A DNA stretch of 58,468 nucleotides, filler included, from Sphacelaria rigidula (GCA_964200075.2; 8 parts of 8 records of this genome joined end to end with filler, not necessarily neighbours in it), one strand, 5' to 3'. Counted from the first letter of the whole stretch, positions 24,581 through 37,478 are shown. Notes: a model not told the origin generated them from the letters alone. Numbers and translations: made by a program.

Positions 24581-26034
24581 ATCGCGGTCTAAGCGGTTGA
24601 CCCTTTTGAGACCGGGCCTCTGTACGAACGGTGGCTCCATGTTGCTGAAAATACATGTATGTAACCGCAGGGTAAGGAGGAAGACCAATAGTTCCATCCA
24701 ATCTATTTTCAGGTGTAGGTACAAACTGTGATTCGGGTGGGGTGCGCATTAGGTAGTGTACAGATGTAACAAGCAATATGGGTCGCTGTAAAGAGGATTC
24801 AACAGCATGTGGCGACCGGCAGGCCGCCCGCAACTTGTGGCTTTGGATGATATTATTGTCCACATCACGTTGCCACACAGTCCTTCGTGGTCGGGGTAGG
24901 CCGCCATTTCCCTCTTTGTTGCAAGCGGAAAAACTTCTTTTCGAAGGGCGTGGGTGTTGCGGCGCACATACAGTGTAGTACGCCTCTCCGGCTGCCTTGT
25001 TCGTCCCCGCTCATTCCATTTTTCAAATTGGTTGTTGCCTCAGGCCATCCTAGATTCGGCATTGGATTTCTGTGACAGAAAACTCTCTCGTTTTTCTCGG
25101 AATACTTTTGAAAAAACAAGCAGAACTTTTCGACAGACTGCCCAAAACGTGAACCCAATATACGGAGTACAGTGTACTACACTGAACACAACACAATTCT
25201 GCAGTGGTATATGGAGTACAGAGTACTACACTGAACACAACACAACCCAGCAATTCTGCAATGGTTTTTAGAACCTGAACACGGACTGTACACAGTATGC
25301 ACCAGCTGCTTTCTCTTGTTGCAAAATTAATAGTGTCCAGCTGCTGCTGCTGTACTACTACGGAAGCACACGCCCTCGAGGTGCCACGCCACGTTTATAG
25401 TACCGTCATGGCGACCATAACAAGACAAGAGCACGAACTGCAGCAGTCGTGACCGCCACACATCAACGTTACTGCAGTGAAGCGTGTGCCTGAATCGACA
25501 CCACCACACCTTTGACGTTTCTTCTTGTTGGCGAAAACTTGAGCATCTAATTCTGTGGCAGGGTCCACCGACTGGGCTGCGTGTTGGGGTGGGCTCTTAG
25601 TCTTACGGAAGACGAAAAACAGCCAATACACCCATGAAGTTTCCAATAGTGTGCAGCAAGCACTACGTGCAGACTAACATTGCTTTCTGCGGAAACGAAC
25701 ACAACGATAATATCGCAGCTCGCATACAACCCAACCCGTCTTCGCACTGCCTAAACACATCACAACACTACAGGCAGTTGAAGCTTTAACATACAAGGAG
25801 GGCTCAAGTGTGTTTGCTGCAGTACAGTTGTAGTGAAAAACAGGGCATGTCGCATGTTTCAGTCCTCCGTCTGATTTTGGAGAGGTCCTCAGTTTCGGGC
25901 CAGTGCCGAGTTTGAACGCTCGGGCACATTCCGGCTTCACTCAATTCACTTTGGGTCACCGTTATCTCTTTGTATGAAGTTTGGCTTGTAATATGGGCTG
26001 TGTCCGCAAATTTAATCAAGCATATTCTCTCCTG

Positions 26035-26283
26035 GACTGCTGCCGAGATAGCCCCCCTATGAACCAGCCAAAAAAGTTCACGGAGACGATGATCATCAAC
26101 GCCGTTAGAGCTGGTTTCGTGCTGCGCGACGCGACTCATTTGGGCGTTATAGCTGATTTCGGACCGCTGCACGCCTCTCATGCGGGTGAAATCGCTGCAG
26201 ATGAGCCCGATAGTGGGATCGCAGCCGGTTTGTCGGACGGTCTCCGGTGCACTTCTTGTGGGGGAGCTATCTCGGCATTAGTC
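26035..26283 (+). mobile_element. ~248-bp MITE (GAC...GTC, 4-bp TSD), copy 3
   Basis: Same TIR and body as copies 1 and 2; CCTG duplicated at 26031-26034 and 26284-26287. Confidence 0.92.
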
Positions 26284-26562
26284 CCTGGTAATGCTTCTGT
26301 TTGCCCACGTTTTGAGGCAACCCTTGGAGAACGAAAGTACGTCATCTGCTGAATTGGCATCAATTTCACTTGAAAAATGTTGGCAAAGTCCAGACGGACT
26401 ACGTTCGCTGTCTGAAGGTACATGTATAGATCACCTTCTGAATCTGCATCAATTTCACTTGAAAAAAGTATGTATCTTCGAGATAGACTGCACACATCGT
26501 GATCCAAGGGTTCGCCGACCTTGGGTTACAAATGTTCATGGTTGACACATTTTACAAGTATC

Positions 26563-26597
26563 TCTAACCCTAACCCTAACCCCTACCCCAACCCAAC
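26563..26597. repeat. Interstitial telomere-like (CCCTAA)n tract
   Basis: ctaaccctaaccctaacccctaccccaacccaac. Confidence 0.7.
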
Positions 26598-26849
26598 GCA
26601 TGCCGAGAACCCTCGGGCAAGGGCGTTGCATAGCATTCTCTAGGCAAAGTACGGCCTTGGTAGACCCCTATCGCATACCGTGAACCCTCGGGCAATAAGC
26701 GCGGTACATACATTCCTCAGGCAAAAGACGGCCTTGGTGGACCCCAAATCGGTGCCTGTGGCGCCGAGTTGAACTAAATGCGTTCTGTGCAAGCGAACAC
26801 GGGACTGTGAGCCCTACTAAAGGTCTGATTCTGATGGCACACACGTCCC

Positions 26850-27305
26850 ATTAGCCATAGTGTGTGTTGGCAGACGACCTGAAATCGACGCCGCAGGCGC
26901 CGATCTCGACAAGAATACGTTCTGGACGAGCAACTAACCCCGATCCAAGGCGTACGAGACCCTCGGACAAGGAGAGTGCATGCATTCCGCTAGGTATAGT
27001 GTGCGTTGGCAGATCTGAAATCGATCCCGCAGGCAGGCGCTGATTTCGACAAAAACACTTTCTGAACGACCAACTAACCCCGACCCAAGCGGACGAGATC
27101 CTCGGACAAGGGGGTACATGCATTCCGCTAGGCATAGTGTGCGTTGGCAGACCTGAAATCGATGCCGCCGGCGCCGATTTCGAGAAAAGTACGTTCTGAA
27201 AGAGCACCTAACCCCGACCGAAGCGGACGAGATCCTCGGACAAGGGGGTTACATACGTTCCCGTCTGCATAGTGTGCGTTAACAAAAACACATTCTGGAC
27301 GAGCT
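26850..27305. repeat. Tandem repeat, ~3.3 x 135-139 bp
   Basis: Anchor (C/T)ATAGTGTG at 26856, 26995, 27133, 27268. Each unit has CTAACCCCGA and CCTCGGACAAGG. Confidence 0.88.
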
Positions 27306-27420
27306 GGGTCCACTACTCACCTACCCCAAATCATGAACTTTGTCAGAACTTGCTCAAACCTAAAATCAAGTAGTCATGTTGTCAACCATAGATGTACGAC
27401 CAAAGCTCCAGGTCTACTGC

Positions 27421-27546
27421 TTTTCACTTGAAAATGAATGATGAACAGACCGTGACGGCGATGTGATGCGGCACGGATGTGCATGTCATGGGTTCAGAGC
27501 TTGCGCGACGGGATGGTGTGGCTCACATTCATTTTTCAAGTGAAAA
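27421..27546. repeat. Small inverted-repeat element (~20-bp arms)
   Basis: TTTTCACTTGAAAATGAATG ... CATTCATTTTTCAAGTGAAAA. Confidence 0.55.
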
Positions 27547-30157
27547 AAATGCAGGAATCCAGCTTGAGATAACTCTACTCGTTCCCGGAGATATGCTTAG
27601 ATCGGTTCCGGGATGAGAAGAGCGAAATATCATACCAGGATACCGGGACGCCGAGTTTGAGACACCTCGAATAACAGGTGGGGGTGGATTCTTGTTTCCA
27701 CCGTTGGCGGTGGATATACTTTTTGCCTGCGCAAACACCGTAGGGCGATGCAATGCAGCAGGGATGTTCGTGCTGGATGCTGCCTTATTACATAGCATTT
27801 TCAGTACGAGTACAACAGTACGTATCAATTGTTTCCCCCTGTATGCTTCTTCTGTATTTTTGATCAAACTTGCATTTTTAATAACAAACGGTTAAGTCAA
27901 GGGTCTGTCGAGAGATTTTTTTCGAACACGGAGGCCCGCCCCCGCCCCCCCCCGGAGGGCAATTTTTCGGAAACTGTCGTGATTTTGAGATCTTATATTT
28001 TTTTGATGTTTTCGTGACTTTTGTTGAAATTGTGTTGAAAAAAATTGATCAATAGACACTAACAAAACCAAAATGTTTGGCGGACTTTGCGACGTTCGTG
28101 TATTTGCTTCTGCTCCTTGCCCGCCCTGCCCCGTTGAACTCGGGTGCCGGCAACGCTCACTCAAATCTACGTACAACACACAAGCGCACGGTATAGCGAC
28201 AGCCTGTAGCCGAAGTAGCAACATTATCTCACGCCTCGCCAAATTTGCCCGGACTACTAGCGGTAGATAGTCGAGGCACACGACACGGAACATGATCCCA
28301 TAAATGTAATCATTGTATGTGATGAGCTGGGAGGGGTGATGTGCCCGTCATCTCAGCGGGCTCCATGGCGAGGATCTCTGTACACGGCAGCTGACCGCAT
28401 CCGCCAACGCGTCGGTATTCAGCTAGGGGACACTAGGCTGGGTGTCCTCCTCCCTTCCTTCAAAAACTCAATTTTTCGATATTGGGGCCTACGTGTCCCG
28501 AAATATATATTTTTGACAAACCCTTGGTTGAATTATAAAAAAAATGGCAGTTTCTCCCCTGTTTTTGATAACTTGACCGTTCGTTATTGAAAATGATTTT
28601 TTGGCCAAGAACGAAACTTCGACATACGGAAAAGATAGACGTGATTTGGAACGGTCTTAGCGAGTAGCGCAAGTCATTTCAAGTTGTCAACGTCCGTTGA
28701 GCCGTCTTTTCGGAGCAAAAACGACGGAGAAGGGTCAAAAAAGCACTTGTCAAAAGTTATATTTTTCGATACATAAAAAGTAGCCAAACAAAGGGAAAGG
28801 AAAAAAAAAAACTGGAAGCGCGATGCAACGCACAGCAATTTATTACATACATGTTTACTGCAAACTACAACGCATCAACGGAAGGGTAGGGGGAACTCAT
28901 TAATATAGCTCCTTCTCTCGTACCTCGGCCCAGCCGAGTTTAGTCCCCTCGTAAAAATGACCAAATAACAGTGAATCCTAGAAAAGGGGGTTGATACAAA
29001 ATATGGGGTTGAAGTGGCATTTCTTTTGCAGGGAAGACGCGAATCACTAGCGACCTAGCGAAGCCATCTTCCCCCTCAAATATCCGCAGCACTTGAGCAG
29101 CTGTGGCTAGGTGCACCTAACGAATGCGGTGTATAGTACACGCGTGTCGATGACGATATCACCAGAGAGAGAAGCAACGACAGAGAGNNNNNNNNNNNNN
29201 NNNNNNNNNNNNNNNNNNNNNNNNNNNNNNNTTAATTAATTAANNNNNNNNNNNNNNNNNNNNNNNNNNNNNNNNNNNNNNNNNNNNCCACCTTTGCTCG
29301 AATCCCGATCCACCTACGACCAGATCCTCGAGAGTGACCGCAATAGGCTCCTTCGCGATGAGCCTCCCTTTCCGTTCTGGACTCTCTTGCACACTGGCTA
29401 TTACAACATGCTGCGTACCATCTGCGCCGCCTATCGCAGCGATAATGTACGAGTCTCTGGGGCCGTTGTGCGGTATTTTCGACCTGATCCCCATCACAAC
29501 GCCCTCCCCGCCCGTATCCCATTCCAAATGGTAGAATGGGCACGTGTCTGAGACCTTCAACTACAGGGCCGCTTCCGGCTGGCAGGCTTCCCTGCCGGGT
29601 TCCACGAGGCGCCTAAGTTGTCTGTTCGATGCGACCAAGACCATGCGAATACATTGCTGATGCAGAATTTCTTGAGGTATCGAATCCACAGCCTCTCTAG
29701 GCGTGTTGTATACCCTGTACTTTTCTCACCAGGGAATTTCAGGGTATACGATCTTCTGCTGGCCAGGCTTCGTGATGAGGAACAGCTCGTTTATCTGATT
29801 GAACGTCGAACACTGCGATCGAGATCAACGGTGGACAAGGTAGAGACGGCCGGCGGCAACGAACATGAGAAAGTCAATTCGGGATACGGAGAAGGGGCGG
29901 TGGTTAGAATCAGCGCTCAGACAGGGGTCTTAAAACCACAATGTGCAGTCGTTCTCGAAACCACATGTCCCCCGGGCATCGCGATGTGGACGCGCCCATG
30001 AACGGACCCGAAAAAAACTGTTTTGTCACGAAGTGCGGTAAAGCGGGAGGGAAAAAAAGTCGATACCACGCAGTAAAAAGGAACTACATCTTCAACGGTG
30101 CACGAACAAACAAAAACACGCACCCATGTCCCACTTTTTATTCGGACCTCTCAGGGG

Positions 30158-30345
30158 GGTAGGGGGGGGGGGGGCGTACTCGTTTGTTGCTTGCCTTGGT
30201 CGTTTGACCGTTGACCACGCATATTTTTCGAGACGGAGCACCGTTCCTGCTCCTAACAAAGACACCTCCACCATTCCGGCGCTCATTACGTTCCTTCAGC
30301 AGCTCACTACGTTTTCCCCATACATTACACAAAAACCTTTTACAC
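30158..30345 (-). mobile_element. 5'-truncated LINE 3' end
   Basis: G-run plus CGTACTCGTTTGTTGCTTGCC. Minus frame reads CKRFLCNVW...GGVFVRSRNGAPSRKICVVNGQTTKASNKRVRPPPP. Confidence 0.85.
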
Positions 30346-30494
30346 ATCTCGAAGCGGATTTGACGTTTGCAGGCGTATGCTTCCGCCAATACCTGGAGTC
30401 GGACCCTGAAGTTCGGTATGGACAATGAATAGGGCGTGAAAAAAAGCATTACATCGGCACCAGAAGTTTTTATCATTTCTTACAGGTATCAGTA

Positions 30495-31440
30495 AAATAC
30501 TAGAATCTCCATCACACTCCCGATCGATGCATTTAGCGGATGGAGACGAATTTTGGTGTGGAGAGCGAAAAAGAGCCGAATAAGGAACAAAATGGGCCTA
30601 CATTGTGTTTCGTAGAGGTTCAGACGTTCACGTGAAGAAATGGTCTTTATCGTAGTATTACGCCCTAAACCAGTGAAGAAAAACGGAAAAAAGCAACCCG
30701 ACCTACTTTGTTCTCTCGATTATGCGCTCAGAGAGTGCCCACCCAAATATAATGCACGAATATCAAAGATAGGCCAGTGAGTGGCCTGCGAAATACTATT
30801 CCGAATTTCTACCGACCCGGCTTTCAAAAGGCCCATGCTCCCGCCAATGTTTGGGGTTGGACCTTGAAATTTGGGATGGACAACGCATAGGGCATGGAAA
30901 AAAAATTGCATCGGCACCAATTAATATTTTCCATTTCATGAGTTAAGGGCATTTCACTGATACTGAAACTGAAAACTGATTATTGCCCTAGACTCATGAA
31001 ATAAAAAATAAAAATTGGTGCCGATGTAATTTTTTCCATGCCCTATGCATTGTCCATACCAAATTTCAAGGTCCAACCCCAAATATTGGCGGGAGCATGG
31101 GCCTTTTAAAAGCCGGGTCGGTAAAATTCGGAACAGTATTTCGCAGGCCACTCACTGGCCTATCCTTAATCTTTGTGCATTATATTTTGGGTGGGCGCTT
31201 TCTGAGCGCATAATCAAGAGAACAAAGTGGGTCGGGTTGCTTTTCTTCATTTTTCTTCACTGGTTCAGGGCGGTATACTACGGTAAAGACCATTTCTTCA
31301 CGAGAACGCCTGAACCTCTGCGGAAAAAAAAAGGAAGGCCCAATTCGTTCTTTATTCGGCTCTTTTGCGTTCTCCACACCAAAATTCGTCTCCATCCGCT
31401 AAATGCACCGATCGAGAGTGTCATAGAGATTCTGGTATTT
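30495..31440. mobile_element. Foldback (long-TIR) element: ~455-bp inverted arms with a ~35-bp loop
   Basis: GCATTTAGCGGATGGAGACGAATTTTGGTGTGGAGA (30529) pairs with TCTCCACACCAAAATTCGTCTCCATCCGCTAAATGC (31371). AGATAGGCCAGTGAGTGGCCTGCGAAATAC pairs with GTATTTCGCAGGCCACTCACTGGCCTATCC. Centre ~30952-30984. Confidence 0.88.
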
Positions 31441-31799
31441 GCGCTATCCCCCGCAGGTATGGGAATTTCCTGACATGGGGTTCAACCAACGAGAAAATAT
31501 GAGCCCAAACGTTTGAGCAGACGGGCACCTTGCCCTTGATTCGACGATTGATACGATATGTGGATCACGGCTCAACTCGTCTATGTCGATGAGATATTAC
31601 TTATACAGCTCAAGTCCGTTTTTAGGCTGGCCCAGCTCGTACAGCAGCAGTTTCGGCGGTTGGGCTCGGGATTTAGTCAGTCATATATCCCTCAACGTTT
31701 GCGGTTGACCGTCTTACGATATCCTCCGACCTACTCTAGCACGCCACTCAGGCCGCTTCCTACGAGCTCGGCCAGCCTGGAGGGGGATTTGAAGTTTTG

Positions 31800-32395
31800 A
31801 GGCCCATGCTCCCGCCAATATTTGGGGTTGGACCCTGAAATTTAGTATTTACAACGAAAAGGGCATGAAAAAAATGACGTCGGTACCATTTGTTTTTGCA
31901 TGGGTGGAAGGCATTTTCCTGAAAGCCAAAAACTAATTATTGCCCCGGCCTTTTAGGAAATACTATTTTGGCACCGAGGTAATTTAGTTCCATGTCCCAT
32001 TCGTTGTGCATACCAAATTTCAGGATCCAACTCTAAATATGGGCGGGAGCATGGGCCTTCAGGAAACAAGATCGGTCGAAATTCGGAACAGTATTCCGAA
32101 GGCCACCCACCGGCCGGCGTGTGGTTTTCGTCTATTGAAATGTTGCGCGGGCGCTCTCCAAGGAAAAATCAACAGAACAACGCAGGTCAGTTCTTCAATT
32201 ATTATTTTCACAGGTTTAGGGCATTCTAGTATGGTGAAGACCATTTATTTCTTCACGTGACAACGTAACCTCTACGAAAAAATCTTGGAAAATGAAGGCC
32301 CACTTTTTTTTTCTTGCAACACTGTTGTGGTTCTCCTTGCCAAGTTTCAAATCATCATTCTAAAAATTGAGCCAAGACATCGAGATGAGGCCCAA
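31800..32395. mobile_element. Second, more diverged and truncated foldback copy of the same family
   Basis: GGCCCATGCTCCCGCCAATATTTGGGGTTGGACC at 31801 pairs with GGCGGGAGCATGGGCC at ~32042. Its distal arm (32290-32395) matches 35750-35850 in inverted orientation. Another fragment lies at ~30380-30465. Confidence 0.7.
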
Positions 32396-34579
32396 GAGCA
32401 ACGTTCGTTTCCCCCCTAAACTCCACTAGAAACACGAAAAAAAGACGCAAAGATGAAGGTAAAAAGAGTCGCTCTTTTGTATTTTTTCCATGCCTGAAGT
32501 CGTCGGGATGTAGGGTGCAAGGAGCAGAGGCAAATATTTTTCGAACCCCGCAAAGCTCACCAGACTTTTTGAATCCCTCCAGAGATATTTCACGAACCCC
32601 ATCTGAGGGGGAAGGTGATGGGTTTGGAGAGCGCCTCATTCCTTTTACTTGAGACGAAACAGCGAACACCCCATGAACGTTTCAACTGTGTGTAAAGAGC
32701 ACTGCGTGCCAACAATATTTTGAGCAAATCAGGCACTCCCATCGGAGATCAAACTGTCTCCATAAAGGCCTCAAGACGTCACAGCGCAGCGACACGTGCA
32801 ACGCACAAGACAGACCATGAGTGTGTCTGTGCTACAGCACAGTCATACAGCGCATGCCCCATTCGATAGTCCTCGCCCTGATTTCAGGTGGGTCCTCGAT
32901 TTTTGCCCAGCGGCGGTTTTCAAATGCTCGCCCATACTCCGGATTGCCGAGAAAATGCTTTACTTCACTTTGAGTTACCCCTCCCTATCTGTGGGAGGTG
33001 AGCAGCTTTTTCGGGGTTTCATTTTTGTCTGTTACACGGAGCGGCCTCACGAGCGACTCGATACAGTACAGGCAGACCCAACTGTACCGCTCAAGAGGGG
33101 CGATCGGTTGTTCTCACAATCCACGTTTGTCGTCTCGAACGAAATACCACAAGTGTGAACGAGGCCGACCCGGAAGACAATTACAATAAGTTCAAATCAG
33201 AGTTCAAGACTGTGCAAGCCCGCTCCAGCGAGGTTACATCCAGCAACCGAAGCAAGGCTGGTTCCTACTCACCTCCGTGAACTCCTCTGCATTCGCATCC
33301 GATTGCTGTGATCTTCCACCTTGAGGGAACGACTGCGAGGTGTGATCTAGGTGGGGTGCTGGTGAGGCGGGGTGGGTGATGTGCGGTTATCATGTTTGTT
33401 TCGTCTCGCGGAAGCACCTGCACTCAAGGTATCTTCAAGCTCCACTTTTCAGGGGCGATGTGCAGGTACGCCACGGAACGAGCGGGTGTACCCGAGTTTG
33501 CCTGTGCGCTCTTTGTGTTTGCAAACGGGAAGGTCGCGGCGAGATACGGGCCGTGACATATACGACAACCGGACGAGACAAGCTGTTTTTGCAACTGTCT
33601 CGTGCATACTGTTGCCTTCAATCCTCATCATGAGGAACATTGCCGAGGAACGCTGGCGATGCAACCTGCCCAAATATAATTCATATACGTGGGACGGTGT
33701 TGAAACAACATTTGCGCCGCGAAGTGAACACAACGAAAGTACAGATTTGAACCCGAACTTACTTTGTCCATCTGTGATGGGTGTTTTGGCGTGTATATGC
33801 CCCTACGCCAGTGAAACTCAGCAAGGGAGTTTCGATCGATGCAGTACATATGCTCGTATACCTGTGACAAGTACTCGATAGCGCAACCTCAGATTTTTGT
33901 GCGCATCGTAGTACCGGCTTGCGCTGGCGCTCGCTTCGACTCACGACTGGCGTCTGCCCCTCTGCCGCCAGTACCCCCTTTGCGACTCTCCTTTCCATCC
34001 GCTTCACAAACAACAGCAGGCTTCACCCGCCATCCCATGCCCTTGACTGAACCTGGCCGGCCTCTGCCCTCGCGCGTCTCGCGGAACACTCCACCCCTTC
34101 AGGCGATCGACAACGTACTCAGCAGAAAGTCCGGAGATCGTACGAAAAAAGAAAATGTCGGAGCAGTTACGACTGTAGAGGAGTTTACGAAGGTAGGTCA
34201 AAACCTCAAAAAAACTGGCTCAAAACCCTTGGTTAGTTGGTAGCTTTAGTTGAGCGTGATGCGTGTCGATGCGCCTATTTCGACACTGCATATCTCAGGG
34301 ATCGCGGCGGCTGTCGGGCGAGGCAAGATTCCGACTGCGAGCGAAGTAGACAGATTACGAATAAGGTTAAGGTGAGGGTACCTATCATATCTCCGTGCTT
34401 CATCAATTGTACACACCAAAAATCATCGTCACCCACTGAATGTATCGATAGTAGGTGAAGACGGTATAATACTGTACTGTATTGGCAAAGCACGGCTGCC
34501 TACTATGCTCCCGAGTACAGCCCGTGCTCGCAACCTGGCAGAGTACAGCCTGTACTCGAACATGGAGTAGTCCAAGATT

Positions 34580-35165
34580 AACAGTGTTTTCGTGAGATTG
34601 AGAGTAGAGCGCTGATTGAGAATGGCTGCTTTCATTTGCTTCAACTTCGCCACTTTTTCATTCCGTGTGTTCTTCTTTTTCCCTCCACCACTGGCGTGTG
34701 CTTACAGCTACACGTCGATATCTTTTTTAGGGATATCAAGGGTCTCAGCGGCAAGCTACTACAGAAAATGTATTGGGCCTCGTGGAGGGGCATTTCGGAA
34801 CTGAAACGGGTCATTCACGAATTGACCGCTTTTCACTCTCCATTGTATCCTCTACTCTCAATCTCACGACAACCTTGTTGATAGCAAGTACAGGCTACAG
34901 CTGTGCCGTGTTTGCGAAGCATAGCCTATACTTGTGATGCCGTACTGTTCGCGAAATCCGCGGCCTGTATTGTGGCACCGCATGGTACTACTAACAACGT
35001 TTTCGTGAGATTGAGAGTAGAGCGCTGACTGAGTGGCTTTGATGATTCGCTGTAACTTCGCCAATTTTCATTCCGTGAGTGCTTTTCTTCGCATCCATCG
35101 TGTGCTTACAGCTGCACGTCAATATCCTAGTCAGGGGAATCAAGGGGCTCAGTGGCAGGCTACTA
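34580..35165. repeat. Diverged direct repeat pair (~180 bp, offset 413)
   Basis: GTTTTCGTGAGATTGAGAGTAGAGCGCTGA at 34586 and 34999; both copies end in GG.CTCAG.GGCA.GCTACTA. Confidence 0.75.
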
Positions 35166-36841
35166 GTGGCGCTCTCAAAGTCAAAAACTTGGCTCTGGTT
35201 TCGCTCGTAACCCGAACCTAGTTTGCTGGAAACATCGGTAACGGGCAGCTGATTGTAAATATGTGGGCTCCCGAATAAGAAGAAACAACGCGGAATCGGT
35301 CATGATAAAGAATCACGGTGGAAATAAGGATCCACCTATATAGAGGGATATACTTTTTGCGATGGTATACTAGTGTAATATATTTGTGGGTAGCCAAGGG
35401 GGTAGCGCGGAGAAATGTCTCGGACACATAGCGCCACCCCCCCCCCCCCCCCCTCCCAACAAAACCACACCCAAGCCAACAAATCTATATGTGGCGTTTT
35501 TTTATTTAATGTNNNNNNNNNNTTGTGGGTAGCCAAGGGGGTGGCGCGGCAAAATGTCTAGGACACATAGCCCCCCCCCCCCCCCCTCCCCAGAGGACAT
35601 GATGATGAAAATGTCATGATATTTTTTGTCAGCTTTCTTGCGAGAAATTGATCTTATCTCTGAGGCAGATATCGTAAAAAAATCCGAAACAGAGAAACGT
35701 AAAAAGTCCAAAAAGAGCAGAGGCAGATATTTTACGTTACTCTTAGAGTTATCTCGATGCTTTGGCTCAATTTTTAGAATTGCGATTTGAAACTTGGCAC
35801 GGAGAACCACGATAGTGTTGCGCATGAAAAACCAAGTGGGCCTTCATTTATAAGTTTTTTTCGTAGACGTGCCAAAAGAGTTTTTTGTAGCAGTCCAGGG
35901 CATAAACGATCAGTAAAATGCCTTCAACTCGTGGAAAAAAAGCTCTTGGTATCGACGGGAGGGCACAAGAAAAATATTCCTAGACCCACACGCCCTCCCC
36001 CCCCTCTCCCCCTTCTTGTCAGGCAGATAAAAAGTAAAAAACGTTCCAAACGAAATGGGCGTTTTGGAGCCTTGTTGACGTCAGTAGACAAGGAAGACGT
36101 TATCCAAACGATTCATGTGTCATGTGTGCCGTTTGTGCCTCCCTACCGACTCTTGTATTGTCGTTTGTAGGTGTGTGGTGCTGCATTTGTCTCTTTTTAT
36201 GTATATTATAACAAAAAGACGAAACCTTGGGCTTGGGTTTTAGCAAGGATCCATATTTCTGCATAGATTTAGGTGCCAACCAGTCTGCAAGCACATTATT
36301 GCAGGCAGGTGCTAGCAGGGCCTTAGAGTTGAAATCTGGCACAACACTCAAGTCGAACCGTCGGGATAGTGCTGCGAGTAGTGGTCACTCCCCTGGCTGT
36401 GCACCAATCTAGAGCGATCGTTTAAGTGAAGATAAACAGTCGAGTGCACAGGGACACCACCGAGTTGTATCATCAGTTGAACCTACGGCAGGCGCTAAAG
36501 TTATGGATNNNNNNNNNNNNNNNNNNNNNNNNNNNNNNNNNNNNNNNNNNNNTTAATTAATTAANNNNNNNNNNNNNNNNNNNNNNNNNNNNNNNNNNNN
36601 NNNNNNNNAGGGTAGGTTTTGAAATCTCGAAATACCGTGGTATCGCAGATTCGTAGGTATGAGATTTGAAAATACCGGATTGGGTCGGTATCGGTAGGGT
36701 ATAAGATGTCCCAAATACCGGTACCGGGTACCGACCCTACCTACGGTGCCTGTGAAAAATAATTGGATAAGAGTCGTACACGATAGAAGGCCTATCCTGA
36801 ATAATATTGGACTGCCCCGGCTCCTTGTATTGTACCTACTG

Positions 36842-37036
36842 CAATGCGTGAGAGGACCGCGTGCTTAGAGGACCGCACCGTAGTTAAAAATACCTTGGGA
36901 TCGACGTTTTTCAAAACCAATCAGGTCAGAACCTGCAGTTACCACGCCCCTGACCCTAATCTCAACCCTAACCCCAACCACAGGGGTGTTCAAATTACGA
37001 TGCGGTCCTGTAAGCACGCGGTCCTCTCACGCATTA
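36842..37036. mobile_element. Mutator-like MITE (~45-bp TIR, 9-bp TSD) with a telomere-like core
   Basis: CAATGCGTGAGAGGACCGCGTGCTTAGAGGACCGCACCGTA pairs with TACGATGCGGTCCTGTAAGCACGCGGTCCTCTCACGCATTA. TACCTACTG is duplicated at 36833-36841 and 37037-37045. Confidence 0.85.
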
Positions 37037-37119
37037 TACCTACTGTTTGTACAAGGCCAGAGTCTGTTTGTTGTTTTCTCTGTCCTCCATCCACTACTGT
37101 TGCGGGTGGCGGCGGAAAG

Positions 37120-37478
37120 GGGCGGTCACGTGGCCGGTTGAACCACATATAGACATGGAACGTTTTGGCGTGGCGCGTGGGAATGTAGGAACGCCCCTTT
37201 TCTCGAGGAGATACAAGTCCATACCACCGTGGAAAGCGACTATGTCGTGGGTCAACAAAATTCGATTCTACGGTCGACGAGGGAAACGGACTGCTGAACT
37301 CCTCTCGCGATAAAAAATAAAGGCAAGCACCGCAACAGGAAGGTGGAGTACTAAACACAAACAAAAAAAAGAAAAACTCCTGTTTTGACCTTCCTCCTGT
37401 GTGCCCCGGCTGATGCGCCCACATATACCGAAAGGTCTAGACCGGCGTCGAGAATAGATGGGACGACAACACACACAC
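37120..37478 (+). mobile_element. SINE-like element with (AC)n tail
   Basis: Body (TGTCGTGGGT..ACAAAA.TCGA...ACGGTCGACGAGG..., GCAAGCACCGCA..., ACCGAAAGGT.TAGAC) is shared with 41645-42013; ends ACAACACACACAC. Confidence 0.65.

Noticed and set aside
35385..35590. Direct repeat TTGTGGGTAGCCAAGGGGGT...GGACACATAG on both sides of a 10-N gap
   Set aside because: Probably a scaffolding overlap artefact at a poly-C-associated gap; the same concern applies to the 10-N gap at 1405-1414.
36226..36345. Candidate minus-strand exon (FNSKALLAPACNNVLADWLAPKSMQKYGSLLKPKPK)
   Set aside because: Plausible splice sites but no partner exon or recognisable family; too weak to call.
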